Positions 38,564 through 50,908 of a DNA stretch of 64,000 nucleotides are shown in pieces; positions within the stretch are counted from its first letter, which is position 1; each line of letters begins with the position of its first letter. Made by a program: the position numbers and the translations under genes. The DNA lies in NCBI GenBank assembly GCA_016748015.1, contig JAAOMT010000690.1, forward strand, positions 434,001 through 498,000, read 5' to 3'. The notes beneath the pieces are model-generated. The model made no database searches. It was not told where the DNA came from and saw nothing but the letters and a program-made list of their open reading frames with translations. Source of the DNA: Geosiphon pyriformis uo1. Its lineage: Eukaryota > Fungi > Glomeromycota.

Positions 38564-40104
38564 GGCTGATAAACAGTGGCTTCAACTAGGGAATCCTCTT
38601 CAAAGAAATTGATGTTGGCATAATTGGGTCTTTGGTTGGGCACATTGTTGTTGTTGATCCTGTTGTTCTGAGCATCATTGTTTCTGGAAACTGGTGGAGG
38701 CAGTAGAGGATTGTTGCAATCTCTTGAAAAGTGTCCAGTTAATCCACAGTGATAGCATACAGGTGGGCCACAATTTTGTTGTCTTAGATAAGATGGTTGC
38801 TGGGGCTGATTGAAGCATGATTCAAATCTGGGTCTTTGTGGTTGCTGATTTTTTCTGACTGCTTGGGCTAAAGGTTCTAATAACCGAGCAAAATTTGCTG
38901 TGAGTCTGTCTATTAACTGTTCATTTGGATCTTGAGTGTAAGTGGCAAAAGAAGTAGCAGCCATTTGAGAGACAGGAGCCATAACAGGAACAGAAGCAAA
39001 AACTGGTAGTGTGGATCCCAAGTGCATCCTTTGGTTGTCTTCAATTCTTTGTGCTAATTCAATGGCCATATCCATAGTAGGATTATTTTTCAGAGCCAGA
39101 AGGGGCCAAAGAGCATATGATAGATCAGTTCTCAATCCTTTTGTGAAGGAGTGAATTTTCTGCTCTTCTGTCCAATTTCTTCCAGTGTCTACTTGTTTGA
39201 TTAACTTTCTGATTGCTTTGGCATATTCAGTTACAACTTCACCAGGACCTTGGGTTCTTCTTTCCAATTCCATACGCCATTTTGATATTAATATTGGGGT
39301 TCTAAACTTGTTTTCAAACCGGATAGTAAAAAAAGTGTTGATTTCTTCCACATTTGCTGGTGTCTATCTAACAATTCTTTGCTGGGCATTGGCATCTGTT
39401 TCTTGTGAGAACCAGGTAGCAGGGAATCCTTGAAGGTAGCCACCAACAATTTGGAACTTGTACTCATCATCATATTGATTGGCTGTAACAGCTCTTTCAA
39501 AGTCATCCAACTATTCAATTGGATCTTGTGCATCACCTCTAAATAATGGTATTGGGGTGTTGTTTCTTCACCCTAAAGCAGTTTGTATACCTTGGAGGGT
39601 GGCCAGAATGTTTGCTTACATGGGGTCATTAGCCATTGGTTTAGGGGTAACTGTTTGTATAGACGAGTCTGATTTGCTTGATAAAAGTTCAAAAACAGGG
39701 GCAGTTTAGTAGCTTTCTTCTTCTGTTTCAAAGGGAGTTTCAGTTGCTTGATGGGCAGCAATCTAAATGTGGATTTGATGATTCAGATATTCGAAATCAG
39801 AGGGCTGTTGTTCAAAGGTTGCAGAATATAAGAGCTGATTGATACTGTTGTTTCTTTCTTCAAAGTTGTTTTCAAAATAAGCTTGGTCAAAGTAATAGGT
39901 TGTATAAGCTGTGTAGGTTTCAGCTGAATGCTCGTTCAGGAACCAGTTCCAAAAGTCTTGGAATTGTCTACTGGATTGTTTTTTAAGGGGGAAGCAGATC
40001 AAGCAGAAGGGCAGAGGATTAAGTTCAATGAAACTTTGGTCGTTTCTGTTGTGTGCTGCAAAATGTTCTTTTGATTGCTGTAACAGATATGAGTAATCAC
40101 CCAT
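38551..40104 (-). pseudogene. gag of element D (retrotransposon gag domain plus CCHC knuckle) with a long N-terminal region
   Basis: Contains RTQGPGEVVTEYAKAIRKL, FTKGLRTDL and the knuckle CYHCGLTGHFSRDC. The first ATG at 40104 lies 28 nt after the PBS. Broken by stops and frameshifts. Confidence 0.9.
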
Positions 40105-40131
40105 ACAATGAGATAATAAGTGAATTTTGAC

Positions 40132-40150
40132 AACCTCACAGGGAGCACCA
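40132..40150 (-). other. Primer-binding site of element D, best matching elongator tRNA-Met (tRNA-Ile(UAU) is an alternative)
   Basis: The minus strand reads TGGTGCTCCCTGTGAGGTT, 6 nt after the 5' LTR. Its complement AACCTCACAGGGAGCA-CCA resembles eukaryotic eMet 3' ends as I recall them. Confidence 0.8.
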
Positions 40151-40156
40151 CTTTTA

Positions 40157-40882
40157 TGTTATGGGTTGGAGTAACAAGCTAACAGATAGCAAGGGAAAAC
40201 AGTATTGTATGGTGATGGAAATAAACAAAGAAAAAATTATAATAAGAGAGTGAATTGAATAAGTAGGAATTCAATGTGTGTGATCAGTTTCATAAAAATC
40301 ACAATTGCTAATCTTTTCTTAAATCTGAAGATAGAGGAATAGTCCGTGATTGTCAACAAGATAACACCACTGCTATTATTCTATGCCTCAACTCGGCAAT
40401 TCTTAGAATCAATAACAGGTATTGTTGTACTTTTCAATCGTTTCTTTATTCAATGAATTACAAGAGCAAACCAATTGCTTCTTAGGCTAATTCTAACAAA
40501 TACAAATCAAAAAGGGGAAAAGATAAAGTATGTGAATGCCAACAAGTAGATACTTGAAGGTAAGGAAAGGGGAATAAGCGATTATAAGAGGAAGTAATTA
40601 ATATTGTTTATTTCATTACTTTGATCATGTCTTTCTACAGCTAAGAGAATCATCGCTTATATAGCTATCTAAAATGGTCAACGATCAGGTCAATAATCAG
40701 GTTAATGATCAGGTCAATGATCAGGTCATTAATCAGGTCAATGATCAGGTCAATGATCAGGTCAATGGTCAGGTTATTGATCAGGTCAACGATCATTATC
40801 TAAAAATAGGGTGGCTAATTATATGACATCAGTGGTTAATACATGTGATAATTAATAAAAACTATGTGTTTCAATCATAACA
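40157..40882 (-). repeat. 5' LTR of element D (726 bp) with TATA box (~40658-40664) and AATAAA (40445-40450)
   Basis: Direct repeat of 33220-33837. On the minus strand GCTATATAAGC and AATAAA occur in U3-R-U5 order. Confidence 0.96.
40676..40795. repeat. 10 x 12-bp tandem repeat (GGTCAAYGATCA) in U3 of the 5' LTR
   Basis: Directly visible. The 3' LTR has a single unit (33739-33750), and the LTR length difference is 108 = 9 x 12. Confidence 0.95.
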
Positions 40883-42432
40883 GTATTGGTAAATCTAAAG
40901 GTTTTGATTGATCTGAAGGTTTTTTTATTTGAAGATTTTGGGTTAGAGTCTTTTGTATAATACACAGAGATTCAATAATTGGTTTTAGTAGCCTCTTAGA
41001 ATAGTTATTCTATCAAATTTCTTTCTTCAGTATAATGGCTGGTTTATTTTGACAGTTGTGCTTTTCTGGTAAGTTATCTATTAATTTATAAATTCTATAT
41101 TCTTATTTCTGAGTCTTTTACCAGACTATTTTTTAATGTTAATTAATCAGTGCTTAATCTCTTAAATTAGTTAATAACAACAAACAACAAACAACAAAAA
41201 AAAAATAAAAAAAAATAAAAAAAAATAAAAAAAAAATAAAAAATTAGTATTTCATCAATAGCTATAATCAAGAATTATTGTTTCAGTATAGTTAAGTATT
41301 AAATATTATTAATATAAAGTGTTAATAAATAAAAGAGTAATTAGATTTTCAAACAAATAATGGCAACATAAATTGGAGAATAATAAGTATGTTTTATTTG
41401 ATATTTCATTGATGAATTCATTTTGGTAAATATTAACTATTCATAAAGTAAAAGTTAATTAATAGATGAGAAAAAGGATGCTAAACTAAACTAAACCGAA
41501 TTTTGAATGTTTTTCTTGCTTCTAATGTTACTATTATATATATATAGTTGGTAATATATGAAATTTTTGGAATTCTGCAATTTTTTCAAAGGAATTCTGC
41601 AATTCTTTATAAAGAATCTTGAGATTCTGGAATTCTGAAATCCTGTAATTTCTTTAGAAGAATCTTAGAATTCCTCTGTTATTATGTCTATTTCTGATTG
41701 GTTATTTTTTTAACTATATATTACTTCTATTTTCTATAAGTAACAATACCAAAGCCAAAAAAACAACTTTTTTATATTCTACTCAAATATAAAAACTATA
41801 AAAAAAAGCTTTTATTTATGGAAGCTTGAATTTTACTCAAAGAAAAATACAAAATACATATCTGTTACTATTGTAAAACATGTTATAAGAATGTTTTAAA
41901 TACCCAAAATAACAAAAAAAATAGAACAATAAACTATGTTTTACTTGTGAAGAAACTCTACTTGACAAAAAAATATAGAACAACATTCTTGGTTAAAAAA
42001 AAATATGCAATATATTATATTAATACATAATTTTTATCAATGACTGAGTGAACAAAAAAATATTTTTTAATGCCATATAAAACAGAGCTTTTTTATATTT
42101 GAATAGCTATCCATATAACAAAGACAAAATTTGGTAAATAGCAAGTACCAAAGTCAAAAGCACTTTATTTAGTAAAATATTAGCAATTAAAACCAACTTA
42201 TTAGAATTTGTCAAAACTGTTTTTATTTCAAATTTAGATATTTTTGTTGATATTATAAGTAATCCAAAACAATTTTACAAATATTACTAAGATTTAACAC
42301 TTATATAAGAAAAACAAAAGCAATATTTAAAACAATTAAATATTAAACTCTGTAAACATTTTTTAATTCCCAGTAACTTTAAATATTATAATAATTGTGA
42401 TTTCATTTATAATTTACCACTGCACATAATCT

Positions 42433-44820
42433 ATTTTGAACATTACAAATAAGTTTTTCAATATCAATAATATTTCAATTAACAATAAAAAATAGTAACT
42501 ATTTTTATTAACTAAAAAATTAAAGAAGCTTTATTATTAATTAGTAATTTGTCAATTTCTATAGATATTTTGGTATTTTTTTGTCTTTTAAAGATTTATT
42601 CAGACTTAGTTTAAAAAAAGCTTATTTGAATATCAGGTTTTTTGTCAATATAGTCTTAAAAAAAGCTATTTTAGATAAACAGTTTTTTTATTTAGTTTCA
42701 GTTATGCTTTAATCTATTATTGATTACAGAATTTAGTTTAGTTTTGTTTTCAAAAGTGTATATAACAAATAGAATATACTGATTAGAAAAGATTTGAGAA
42801 TAAAAACTGGCTTATTTAAGAATTTTTCCAATAAAACTCTTTATTATCTGTGTTTATATGGCTTAAAATCATTTGAACAAGTGCAAGCAAAGAGTAAATT
42901 AGCATTAAGTTTTTTAAATACTAGTAAAGTTTTTAGTTATTTGTTTGATTATAGGTTTTTAGATTAGCAAATTTTGAGTTGGTTTTTTATTTATATTTTA
43001 CAATATTCTGTAAAGTTAAAAATTAGTTCAGTTAACAATTTTCTGGCTGGTGTAATAAAAATTTTTTTGAATTATGATGTTTTCTTTACTAATTGTTTTT
43101 TCTCTGCATTTTATTTTTTTGGTAATACTTTTATGTCTTTTGTTTTGGAAGATATAATGTTTTATAATATTTTTTGTTTACTTAAAAGGTTTAGTATTGT
43201 CTTTGTTAAATAATTATATGATAAAAAAAGGTTAATGTTTAATTGAAAAAGTTTTTATTATTGAAAAAAGCTTGATCTTAAAGATCCAGTTTCTGTTTAG
43301 TTTAAGTTAGCATGTGATTACTTAATCAATTTTACTCTTTATTCTATTATCCAGCCATCCATTGACATCTTTCAACTTTTAAATATTTTTGGTACTGATG
43401 AATTTTTTACAGTAAAATAATATTTACACAAATAAGTCTCTAAAAAACTTGGGTATATATAAAATAAAGTGTGGTACAGCTGTATTTTTTGCTGATCTGA
43501 ATCTAAGTATTAGTGTTAAAATTAGTAGTTTAGTGTCTTTTACAATAGCAAAATTACAGATAATTGTTCTGGTTTTGGAGTGTATTCTAGCTTCTAGTAA
43601 TATTAAGATGTATTTAGATAGTCAAGCCACTTTGAATACATGTATTGCAAAATTTGATATAGTTTTACTCAACTTTTGTAATCACTGTTGGCTTAAAAGA
43701 CATAATATTACAAATTCTATTAAATATAAGAAGTTTACTATTTATTAAACCAAAGTTAAAGACCATTCAAATGTCTTAGATAATAAATATGCTAATATAC
43801 TGACCAACTTAGTTTTATGTTCAAATATGTCATTTTTTGTTTTTATTAAGAAAAGATATATTAGTGCTAATAGAAAAGCAATATCTAAAAATGTTTATTA
43901 TTTTATTTGTAATGTGTTTAAGGCTATATATTGTGCTTGTTAAGAAGTTAAGTCTGGTTTTAGTATTATTTATAAAACCATAATTAAGTATATGGATTGA
44001 ATTTGGATTTTATCAGTTTGGCATTTTAATTTACATATGGTGTTTGGTTTTACAAGTAAAGTTACTACTAATTTACATTTATACTTTATAAAAGCTTTGT
44101 ATTATTATTTGTCTATTATTGTTCAAAAATGCTTATATGATAAAAAATATCTTAATGTGTTATGTTTATATTATGAAGAAATTGAGCTTTTTAATTATTT
44201 TTTTGCATGTATAATAAATTTTGGTGTCCACAAAAAACTATTTGATTTATGTTTTGTTTAGTAAGTTTCTATGTTAAACTTGAATTTATTATTGTTTTGT
44301 GTTTTATAATTGTCTTTAGTATATATATTTAACAATATTATATATACTGTATTGTATAAAAGCTTTGTGTTCAGAAAATAGTATTTGAAGACTGTCTTTG
44401 TTTTTGGCTATGCCAAAACTGCCAGCAAAAAAATTATTAAGTTAATACAAGACTTGGAAATAGCTTATTGAATTAATATATAATTAGTAAAGACTAAATA
44501 TAAGATATTTATAAAAAAAAATGTTTAATTTCAAATGATAATTCTGTGCTTTATGATATTTGTTGGTGTTATCAGATTGCTTAAAATTACAAAGGCACAT
44601 GATATTAATTATAGTTCTTATAAACTTTACAGTTTTTTTTTTGGTATTAATTATGTAATTTCTGTTAAGATAAATTTATAGTATTGCTTTAATTAGCCTA
44701 AGTAACTAATTATATATAAAAAATACATAATTTGTTTCTAGTTTAGATCATTTAGTTTAATGTATTGTGCTAAGTAACATTTAATTTTACTTATAAAATA
44801 TTAATAATAAAAAAATAATA
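42433..44820 (+). mobile_element. Degenerate LINE 3' part (end of RT, RNase H, Cys/His finger, 3' UTR, A-rich tail)
   Basis: Begins ILNITNKFFNINNISINNKK (compare ILNVA.KFFQINDISINNNK in the full-length copy). ORF-track pieces at 42974, 43449 and 44037 match ORF2, and the 3' UTR matches 2430-2560. Confidence 0.9.
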
Positions 44821-46445
44821 TTTTAAATTTTAATTAATTTAGAATTATAAAAAATTAACCAAAATAAAAAAAATTAAAATTTTTGGTTTTGTTAAATAAT
44901 TTATAATATTAATTAATATAAATTTAATTTTTAAAATAATTTTTTTTAAATATTATTATTTTACTATTTAAAAAATAACATAAAATATATATTTCTCTTA
45001 AATTTATTATTAATATAATTAAATATAATATATTAATAAATAAAAAAAATAACAATATTGTATAATAATAATAATTAAAAGATAATTTAACTTTAATAAA
45101 CAAATTAAATTAGTAAAAATTTAATATAAAACTTAATTTTATAAATATCTTATTATTCTTTTTAAAAAAATATTAAGAAAATTTAAAGATAAAAAAATAA
45201 TTTATATTATTAATAAAAAATAATTTATTAATATAATTATGTACTTTATATTAATGTTTTTAAAATTTAATATTAAATATTAATTGTTATATAAAAAATA
45301 AATAAATTATTTTATTAATTTTTGTTTAAATAAATTGATTTAAATATAAAAAAAATATTATGGCAAAAAAAAATTTTTTTATATGTTTTTAAGGTATTAA
45401 TAATTAATTCTAAAAATAAAGTAATTAATATAATTAAATATAATTAATTAAATAAAATAATTAAAAATTAAAAGTTTTAACTATAATATTATTCTTTTCA
45501 AAAAATTAAGTTTTGATAAAATGAAATTATTAAACAAAATATTTTGGAATTTTTATTTTAAAATTGACTAATTTGTTAAAATTTTTGAAATTTAAGAAAC
45601 CAAATTTTTATATAAATATTTTAGTTTTTTTACAATGATTAAAATTTTTACTTAAATTTCTAAAGTTGTTTTTTTAAAAGCTTTATGTTTTTTATAGTTT
45701 TATTAAGTTTTTTATATTATTGAAATTGTTTTTTATATAATAAGTTTTTATTAATAAGTAATATTTTTTTTGGTATATTAAAAAGAGAAAATATTTTAAC
45801 AATTATATATTTAAACATATATTTTTTTATTTTATTGCTAATTTTCTATTTTTTATAACAGTTTTTTATAGATTAATAATAGAATATATTCTAATTTTAT
45901 CTTTTATTGTTATTTGTTTTTTAATAATAAGTAAAATATTTAAATAAGTTTTTATATAATATTTATAAAGTATAAAAAAAGTGGTTATATATTTTAATTA
46001 AAAAAAATTTTATATTAAATAAAAATATGTTTGTTTTAGATTACAATAATTTTATTTTAAACAATATTATAATTATTATAACAATTAATAATTAATTAAA
46101 TTTTTTATAATATTTTTTTATTTGTATATTATAAACAGATTAATTATTAAATTTTATTTCAAATTAATTTTATAAAATATATATAATTTATTATTTAATA
46201 CTTTATTGATTATAAATAGTTTTTTAAAATATAAATATAAATTTTATTATTAAATATATATATATAATTATAGTTTTAAATTTGTTTTTTTATGTTTTAG
46301 TTCTATGAATATTGATAGTATGTAATTAATTTTGATTGCTTTAAATTACTAATTATGTATAATTAAGCATAAACCATACTTATTTTTTTAGTTTTTATTT
46401 TTGCCAAAATATAATAAATTGTGTTTGAATTATGTTTTTTATTAC

Positions 46446-46543
<98 letters not shown>

Positions 46544-46700
46544 TAAAATACTTTTTAATAAAATTCTTAATTTGATTATTATTATTTATTATCTTTTTTT
46601 TTTAATTATTTTTAATTATTTTTAATTTTTAATCTAAATTCTGTTTATTTTTAATTTTGTAAAAGCAAAAAATAAGATTATTAATGAGTATTTTAGCAAG
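44820..46700. repeat. Extremely AT-rich decayed tract, including (AAT)~32 at 46446-46543
   Basis: About 90% AT with no CpG seen; the microsatellite is directly visible. Confidence 0.6.
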
Positions 46701-47111
46701 ATATAAATTTAAGTAAAATCATCATGTTTTTATTTTTGTTGTAATTATTATATAACCCAAATTCCATTTATATTATGAAAATTTAAGTTATTTCAAAAGT
46801 GGAAAAATTTTTCAAATATTATTTTTTAATATTCGCTGCATGTTTGTTTGTGTGTCAAATTTGGCATAAATGTAGATACAAATTTTTTGAAATTTGTATT
46901 GAGCTAAAAAAATTGTTGGCTATTCGACTTTGCTCTTTCGAACTATTTTCAATTATTTTTTTGTTAAAACCTTAAATATCTTTTCTATAACCGAGAATAT
47001 TATTTTTGCATTTTTTAAAGTTATAAATTTAAAAAAATTGTTTATAATTGTAATATCATATTCTTTTATTGACTTTCAAGTTGTCAAACTGAAATTATAT
47101 ATTTCCCCACT

Positions 47112-47160
<49 letters not shown>

Positions 47161-47523
47161 CAACATTATCATTATTATTATTCTTATATTTGACAAAGTA
47201 GATTTTTGTATTTAATGAATAGTCATTTAAATGGATTTCGATATTTTCTTTAAAAGGAACAAAAGATAATATTTTTCAGTCTTTTAATGTTATTATTAAT
47301 TCTAGTACGATTTTAAAGTTCTTTTTAAGAAGGAATCATGGATTAATTCTTTTGAAATTCAATTACCCAAGATAAGTTTGATCTACAAACGTTCCTAAAT
47401 CTGCGGTTTAGAAATTAAAAGATCGGTTCTTTCATTAATGAATAATATATTTATAAATCACATGAGATTTGAGATATATTTTCGGGGTATTACCCCACAC
47501 ATACCACAAAACGTTGATTGATC

Positions 47524-47560
<37 letters not shown>

Positions 47561-48505
47561 GGATAATGGTGATGGTTGTGGTGGTGATAGTGGTAGGTCG
47601 TTGTTATCTCGAACTACCTAATTTTAGGTGCCTGAATTTGCTTATGCAATGCATTCAGAGTTGACTACGTTTACACTAGATTTAGAAAAGTTTGAATTCA
47701 CAGATAAACCGAAGCTTGGGCGGTTGTTTATTTTCAGAACGTATACACAAGACAAGTAAGCAAAGCAAAGTAAGGCAAGCAAAGCAAGAAACACAAATAA
47801 TGTTGAATAATTTGTTTTTTTATTATTTCTTTTTTGTTGTAGTATGGTATTCTATGATATCGTATCTCTTACCATAAAGAGGTAGTGGATTTTGATGAAC
47901 AAAATTTTTAATAGTAGCTTTTTCAATAATTCATTGAGGAATTTTTTAATGTTACTTCAATTGCCTAATTCAGAAAGATCACAATAAGCGATTTAGATTT
48001 GCTCTTTGGCTGGTTGTTTTCGCTTTGGTCTTTTGATGCGTAAAAAATCACGTTGTCCAATTTCTTAATCAAACAGTGTAATAAATTATGACCGGAATAA
48101 AAAAAATTAAAATAAGAAGACGGACTTTAAATTCCGTCTTAAAAAGATTTTTAATTTAAAAGACTTCATTTCTTACTTTTTATTTAAAGAAACCATTTGA
48201 TGATAATAATAATAATAATAATAATAATAATTTACATAATCTTTAACCCTCATTATTACGTCAACCCTCACCCCTTCACAATCAAAAAGTTGGTCAAATG
48301 TCATTAGGAAACAAAGCGAAAATTCCCATTTGATCTTTAAGCAGGATAGTCAAATCATCCTATTTAAAAATAAACGGTACCCTCAATTAACATGATGTGA
48401 TCGATGATGATGTGATTGTCGTGTTAGTATTAAAAACAAACTTTTTTTAAAAATTTTTTTTTTTTCAAAGTTTATGCGTATATGATTTTTATTATTTTGT
48501 GTGTT

Positions 48506-48542
<37 letters not shown>

Positions 48543-49915
48543 GAATTGGTTTCAACTTTAAAAAAAGTTGAAAGAGGTTACCACTAACCGTGAAAAAGGT
48601 ACAAATTTAGAGGGAAAAATAGAGTTATTATTTTTATCATTGAAATACTTGGTTTATCCAGGAGATTTTTTTAATGGGTTCGAACAAAGTTTTTTTTTCC
48701 TTTCCTTTCCTTTTCCCTACGAATCTCTCCTTTTTTTATCCATTCATCCATACCAGTTTTCTTGTGTTTATGTGTATTTGGGCTGAACTTTATATCTCTC
48801 TCCTTTTTCTCTCTATCTCTGCCGTTGCATTTCTCGTGTCAATTCACGAGGCGTAGTAAAACAAACAATAAATCGCACAATATATTCTACAATAGGTTCA
48901 TAAAATCTTGTCCAATTTAAAGAATTCTCGTGTTTCATTAAAGTTTAGCGTTATTTTTTTTAAAGTTTCAAAAAACTGTTTTTTTATTTAAACATGATAC
49001 ATAAAAAACCAGAATAAATATTTACTAACTATTGGGACAATATTTACTTTATTACTGTACAATCGAAAATATTTTGAAGATTTTCCATTTTAATGGAAAT
49101 TTGTTCAATTACTATTGCATAATATAATTTTTTTATAAAAAACCTGGTTTTTTCTTTGTGAATATATTATAAAAACCTGTATGAATGTTCCACATAAGTC
49201 AATAAAAATAATAATAAAAATAATAATAAAAATAATAATAAAAATAATAATAATAATAAAAATAATAATAATAATAAATAATAAATAAATAAATAAACAA
49301 ATAAATAAACAAATAAATAAATAATAAATAAATAGCTAAATAATAAATAATAATAATAATAATAATCATCATCATCATCGTTGAAAATTTTTTGTTCTCA
49401 TAAAACAAATTTAGCTTAGTTTAAGTTTGTTTACTTCTTCTAAAGTTACATAACAATAAAAATTTATAGAGTGATCGGTGATGAGAAAGAGAATAAATGG
49501 TTTGTTTTGTTTTTCTTTTTTTCACACCAATATAAATTCTATTATTTGTTTTTTATTTTTCATCAGATCCTTTGATTTTTATTTGGTCTCAAAAGTAAAA
49601 ACAATTCCCAAAGAAAAAACACGAAAAGTTACGATTTTTATGTTTTTTTTTTGTTTTTTTTTTCGTAAATGCGAAACACTGTGCTGATGATGATGATGAT
49701 GTTGATGATGGTTGTTGTTGGTTGTTGTGAATGATGATGATGTGAGGAAGTGTGTTAAAAACTTGTATCACCGCATATCATCTGCATAAAATATTAAAAA
49801 AATAATTATCATCATCATCATCATCGTCGTCAGCAGCAGCAGAATAGGTAAAATGCCAGGCAACAAAAAAAAATAAATAAAACAAACTCATCTAAAGAAG
49901 CAATAACCAGTGTTC

Positions 49916-49946
<31 letters not shown>

Positions 49947-50088
49947 TTCATGCAAATGCTTCTCATTGCTGTTACCTGCTTGGTTGGCTACTGTACATAA
50001 ATGTTTATAGTCTTACAAAGAAGAAGAAAAACAAAGTGTTGCTGTGTTCAGGGTACGATATGTGTGCCAGTCAGTCAGTCAGTCACCC

Positions 50089-50125
<37 letters not shown>

Positions 50126-50184
50126 TTATATTTATATTTATATTTATATGTATATTTATATTTATATTTATATGTATATTTATA
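47112..50184. repeat. Microsatellite cluster upstream of the 50909 gene: (TCA)16 at 47112, (TGA)12 at 47524, (AAT)n at 48203, (TA)n at 48507, AAT/AAAT mosaic at 49200-49380, poly(A) at 49916-49944, (TATATG)/(TATATT) at 50090-50184
   Basis: Directly visible simple repeats within CpG-retaining unique DNA. Confidence 0.9.
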
Positions 50185-50908
50185 TTATTGTGTCTATTTT
50201 TTTTTATTTTATTTTTTGTTACCACTAAATGATTGATATGATGGTTTATTTTATATTGAATTTGCTTTAACTTTTGATTTAAACCCAAGTAACCTCTGTC
50301 AATAGTTTACATTATTAGTATAATATCGGGTAATCATCAAAATACTTACTTTGACTGACCACAATGTCAGTAATACAACACATTCAATTTTCTTCCTAAA
50401 AAAAAAAAAAGCGGACAAAAAAAATCCACAGTCTTGAAATTTATCAAATGTAACGGTAACAACAAAAAAAAAAAGAGTAGTGTTATGATATATTACGAAT
50501 CTTAAATACTACTAGTAATAATCAATCAAACCCTAACTAATAAGAACTTTTTATCCTTTTGTCAGTGTATCTGCTGGTTACTTGTCCATAGTGTTAGAGA
50601 AGAGAGATAGATAGAGACAAAAGCGAAACCTTCATATCAATCACTCTTGTGTTTCTCTGTTATTATTATTATTATTACAGTTATTTTATTAAAAGTTTTA
50701 TTTTTTAATAGTCCCAGTTTTCTAAACTTGCACACTTTGACAAAAAAATTGTGTTCTGACAAAATATTCCTAGTGTTTCCTTTACCACCTAAAAGAAAAA
50801 AAATATATATCATATTATTTCTTTAACCCATTTTTCTATTGTCCCGTCAACGTCTTTAAGAAATATCTTATTTCCTTTCACTATAGTTAGTCTTTTCCCG
50901 TGTCCAAC

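Larger units (their letters stand above)
33220..40882 (-). mobile_element. Structurally complete Ty3/Gypsy element D (7.66 kb), inactivated
   Basis: LTRs at 33220-33837 and 40157-40882 have TGTTA(C/T)G...C(G/A)TAA(C/T)A termini. The 4-bp TSD GTAT lies at 33216-33219 and 40883-40886. PBS, PPT, gag, PR, RT, RH and IN are all recognisable. Confidence 0.97.
33146..41745 (-). mobile_element. Solo LTR (C family, inverted), split by element D into 33146-33219 and 40883-41745
   Basis: Perfect TSD ATAC at 33142-33145 and 41746-41749. The minus strand starts TGTTACTTATAGAAAA. Both halves align in order to 31593-32294 when element D is removed. Confidence 0.87.
29043..42432 (+). mobile_element. Degenerate Ty3/Gypsy element C (5' LTR 29043-~29597, PBS, gag, protease, Cys-rich region); 3'-truncated and interrupted by two solo LTRs and element D
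   Basis: LTR start TATTACTCATAGAAAA; PBS TGGTGCTCTTTGTAAGA at 29599-29615; gag-like region at ~30480-31270 with a decayed CCHC knuckle; protease IKLILNNGLASSII at ~32590. 41750-42430 is homologous to element B at 24700-25260. Confidence 0.8.

Noticed and set aside
34927-39709. Plus-strand ORFs within element D, and likewise those within the LINE and the oxidoreductase gene
   Set aside because: Short antisense shadows of real coding frames, with no independent motifs.
40676-40795. CRISPR-like array
   Set aside because: Contiguous 12-bp units without spacers, inside a eukaryotic LTR.
46401-50288. ORF-track peptides rich in I, Y, S or K (46401, 46930, 49199, 49910, 50001, 50044, 50079)
   Set aside because: They are translations of microsatellites.
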